A stretch of DNA of 64,000 nt from Gemmatimonadales bacterium (GTDB taxonomy: Bacteria > Gemmatimonadota > Gemmatimonadetes > Gemmatimonadales > GWC2-71-9): the NCBI GenBank assembly GCA_035997125.1, contig DASYIX010000115.1, positions 29 to 64,028 of the forward strand, written 5' to 3'. A program made the translations under genes and the position numbers. Shown here piece after piece: positions 62,324 to 64,000 of this stretch; position 1 is the first letter of the stretch, and every line of letters begins with the position of its first letter. The notes beneath the pieces were generated by a model. That model did no database searches. It was not told the DNA's origin and saw only the letters and a program-made list of their open reading frames with translations.

Positions 62324-63223
62324 ATGGCACAGCCCCAACTGCAGGACCTGCTCGAAGCCGGTGTGCATTTCGGCCACCAGACCCGCCGGTGGAATCCGAA
62401 AATGCGGCGCTTCATTTTCGCCGAGCGCTCGGGCATCTACATCATCGATCTGCAGAAGACCCTCCGCCAGATCAACAAAGCCCAGGAGCTCTTGAAGAGC
62501 GTGGTGCTCAAGGGTGAGGGGGTCCTCTTCGTCTGCACCAAGAAGCAGCTCAAAGCCATCGTCCAGGCCGAGGCGCAGACTTGCAACGCGTTCTACGTGA
62601 CCGAGCGCTGGCTCGGCGGCATGCTGACCAACTTCCAGACCCTGAAGAAGCAGATCCGTCGGCTGAGAGAGCTGGAGCAGGGCGCCGCTGAGGGCGATTT
62701 CGAGAACTACACCAAGAAGGAAAAGCTGCTGTTCGAGCGGGAGCAGGTGAAGCTGAGCCGGAACCTGGAAGGCATCAAGGGCATGGGCCGACTGCCCGGC
62801 GCCCTTTTTGTGGTCGATGCCAAGAAGGAAAAGATCGCAGTCGCCGAAGCCAACAAGCTGGGCATCCCGGTGGTGGCCATCGTCGACACCAACGCCGATC
62901 CCGATGTGATCACCGTGCCGGTGCCGGGCAACGACGACGCCATCCGGTCGGTCTCCCTGATCACGGCCGCGCTGTCCGATGTGATCAAGGAGGCCCGCGC
63001 TCAGATGCCGATGCGCGAGGTGACCGAGGATCTGGAGGCGGAGACCTACAGCACCGACGCCGGCAGTGAGGGCGATGCGGATGCAGACCGGAAGCGGCGC
63101 CGGCCCCGGCGCAAGCGGCGGCCCAAGCCCGAAGCCATCGCCGCGCGCCTCAAGACCGACGCCGACGCCGAGGCAGTTCCCGAGGCGGCGGCCCCGAGCG
63201 CGGCGAGCGACACCGGCGCGTAA
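62324..63223 (+). CDS. rpsB: 30S ribosomal protein S2 with a basic/acidic C-terminal extension
   Basis: 'LLEAGVHFGHQTRRWNPKM..FIF', 'TERWLGGMLTN', 'VVAIVDTNADPD'. About 50 aa of tail follows, including 'DADRKRRRPRRKRRPKPE'. The start ATG at 62324 gives 'MAQPQLQDLLEAG'. Confidence 0.93.
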   Translation: MAQPQLQDLLEAGVHFGHQTRRWNPKMRRFIFAERSGIYIIDLQKTLRQINKAQELLKSVVLKGEGVLFVCTKKQLKAIVQAEAQTCNAFYVTERWLGGMLTNFQTLKKQIRRLRELEQGAAEGDFENYTKKEKLLFEREQVKLSRNLEGIKGMGRLPGALFVVDAKKEKIAVAEANKLGIPVVAIVDTNADPDVITVPVPGNDDAIRSVSLITAALSDVIKEARAQMPMREVTEDLEAETYSTDAGSEGDADADRKRRRPRRKRRPKPEAIAARLKTDADAEAVPEAAAPSAASDTGA

Positions 63224-63247
63224 CCCGCCGCTGCCCGCTGGCGTTCT

Positions 63248-63283
63248 CCGCCGCTCCAGGCCTGTGCGTGCCGGGAGCGGCGG
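63248..63283 (+). terminator. rpsB-tsf intercistronic hairpin (attenuator/partial terminator candidate)
   Basis: 10-bp stem CCGCCGCTCC/GGAGCGGCGG followed by CTTTACTATT. Confidence 0.45.
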
Positions 63284-63322
63284 CTTTACTATTCACCCCT
63301 GAGTCGACCTGGTTTGGAGATT

Positions 63323-63928
63323 ATGGCAAGCACGACGGTATCGCCCAAGAATGTGAGTGATCTGAGAGCCCGCACCGGCGCGGGGATGATGGACTGCAAA
63401 CGCGCCCTGGAGGAGTCGGGCGGTGACATGGATAGGGCCTCGGAAATCCTCCGAAAGAAGGGGATCGCCAAGGCGGAAAAGCGCACGGGGAAGGTGGCCT
63501 CGCAGGGGGTGGTGGTGAGCTACCTTCATCACAACAACCAGGTGGGAGCACTGGTGGAGCTCAATTGCGAGACCGACTTTGTGGCCCGCACGGACGACTT
63601 TCAACAGCTGGCCCGGGACATCGCGCTCCATGTGGCCTCCGCCGATCCGATCGCGGTGAACCCGGAGGACGTGCCCGCCGAGCTGCTGGAGCGGGAGCGC
63701 CGGATCGCGGAGGATCAGGTGGCGCAGGAGGGCAAGCCGGAGAACATCCGGGGCAAGATCGTGGACGGGAAGCTCAAGAAGTTTGTGGCTGAGCGCACCC
63801 TGACCGAGCAGCCCTTCGTGCGCGACGACAAGAAGACCGTCGGTCAGCTCATCAAGGAGGCGTCAGGCAAGCTGGGGGAAGCGATCTCGGTGCGCCGCTT
63901 CGCCCGGTTTAAAATCGGGGAAGCTTGA
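63323..63928 (+). CDS. tsf: translation elongation factor Ts (short form)
   Basis: 'VSDLRARTGAGMMDCKRALEESGGDMDRASEILRKKG' and 'ALVELNCETDFVARTDDF'. An ATG at 63323 follows GGAG; TTG 63314 is an alternative start. Confidence 0.93.
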   Translation: MASTTVSPKNVSDLRARTGAGMMDCKRALEESGGDMDRASEILRKKGIAKAEKRTGKVASQGVVVSYLHHNNQVGALVELNCETDFVARTDDFQQLARDIALHVASADPIAVNPEDVPAELLERERRIAEDQVAQEGKPENIRGKIVDGKLKKFVAERTLTEQPFVRDDKKTVGQLIKEASGKLGEAISVRRFARFKIGEA

Positions 63929-64000
63929 TGGCTCTCGCCTACACCCGCGCCCTGCTCAAGATTTCGGGCGAGGCGCTGGGGGGCGATAAGGGCTTTGGCC
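63928..64000 (+). CDS. pyrH: UMP kinase (5' end only; runs off the window)
   Basis: 'MALAYTRALLKISGEALGGDKGFG' matches the PyrH N-terminus. ATGA-type overlap with tsf, in the conserved rpsB-tsf-pyrH order. Confidence 0.8.
   Translation, partial: MALAYTRALLKISGEALGGDKGFG

Overview
This is a high-GC bacterial chromosomal segment (about two-thirds G+C by eye) that is densely coding, mostly on the + strand, with many 1-4 nt start/stop overlaps. Two housekeeping blocks flank a less conserved middle. The left block (1-26.6 kb) holds an RsbW-like kinase with a GAF-PP2C phosphatase, rsmA, rex, arcA, infC-rpmI-rplT-pheS-pheT, zapA, rny, folD, xseA-xseB-ispA-dxs-nadK-recN and galK. The right block (44.5-64 kb) holds glgX, tyrA-aroA-cmk-rpsA, a DUF3300/DUF2950 pair, a split acyl-CoA carboxylase cluster, rplM-rpsI, rpsB-tsf and the start of pyrH. 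The middle (about 26.7-44.5 kb) begins right after a tRNA-Leu(UAA). It carries lipoproteins, DUF-family genes, small ORFs and several decayed gene remnants. I saw no rRNA, CRISPR array, transposase, integrase or recognisable defence or toxin system. Diderm features (an outer-membrane beta-barrel, lipoproteins) combined with Firmicute-like synteny would fit Gemmatimonadota or a similar phylum, but that is only a guess. The most unusual observations come directly from the sequence: (a) an 84-bp in-frame inversion inside a small ABM-like gene; (b) a perfect 21-bp inverted repeat inside the annotated 5' end of an amidohydrolase ORF; (c) a 126-nt multi-hairpin element upstream of arcA that shares an 11-mer with (b); (d) a tandem pair of small paralogous proteins sharing a PPMWY motif; (e) glgX and infC coding regions that lack canonical start codons, with CTG candidates; (f) a terminator hairpin and 15-nt tandem repeats around infC/rpmI; (g) a near-consensus Rex operator in front of rex. 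All product calls rest on motif recognition by eye. No database search was run.
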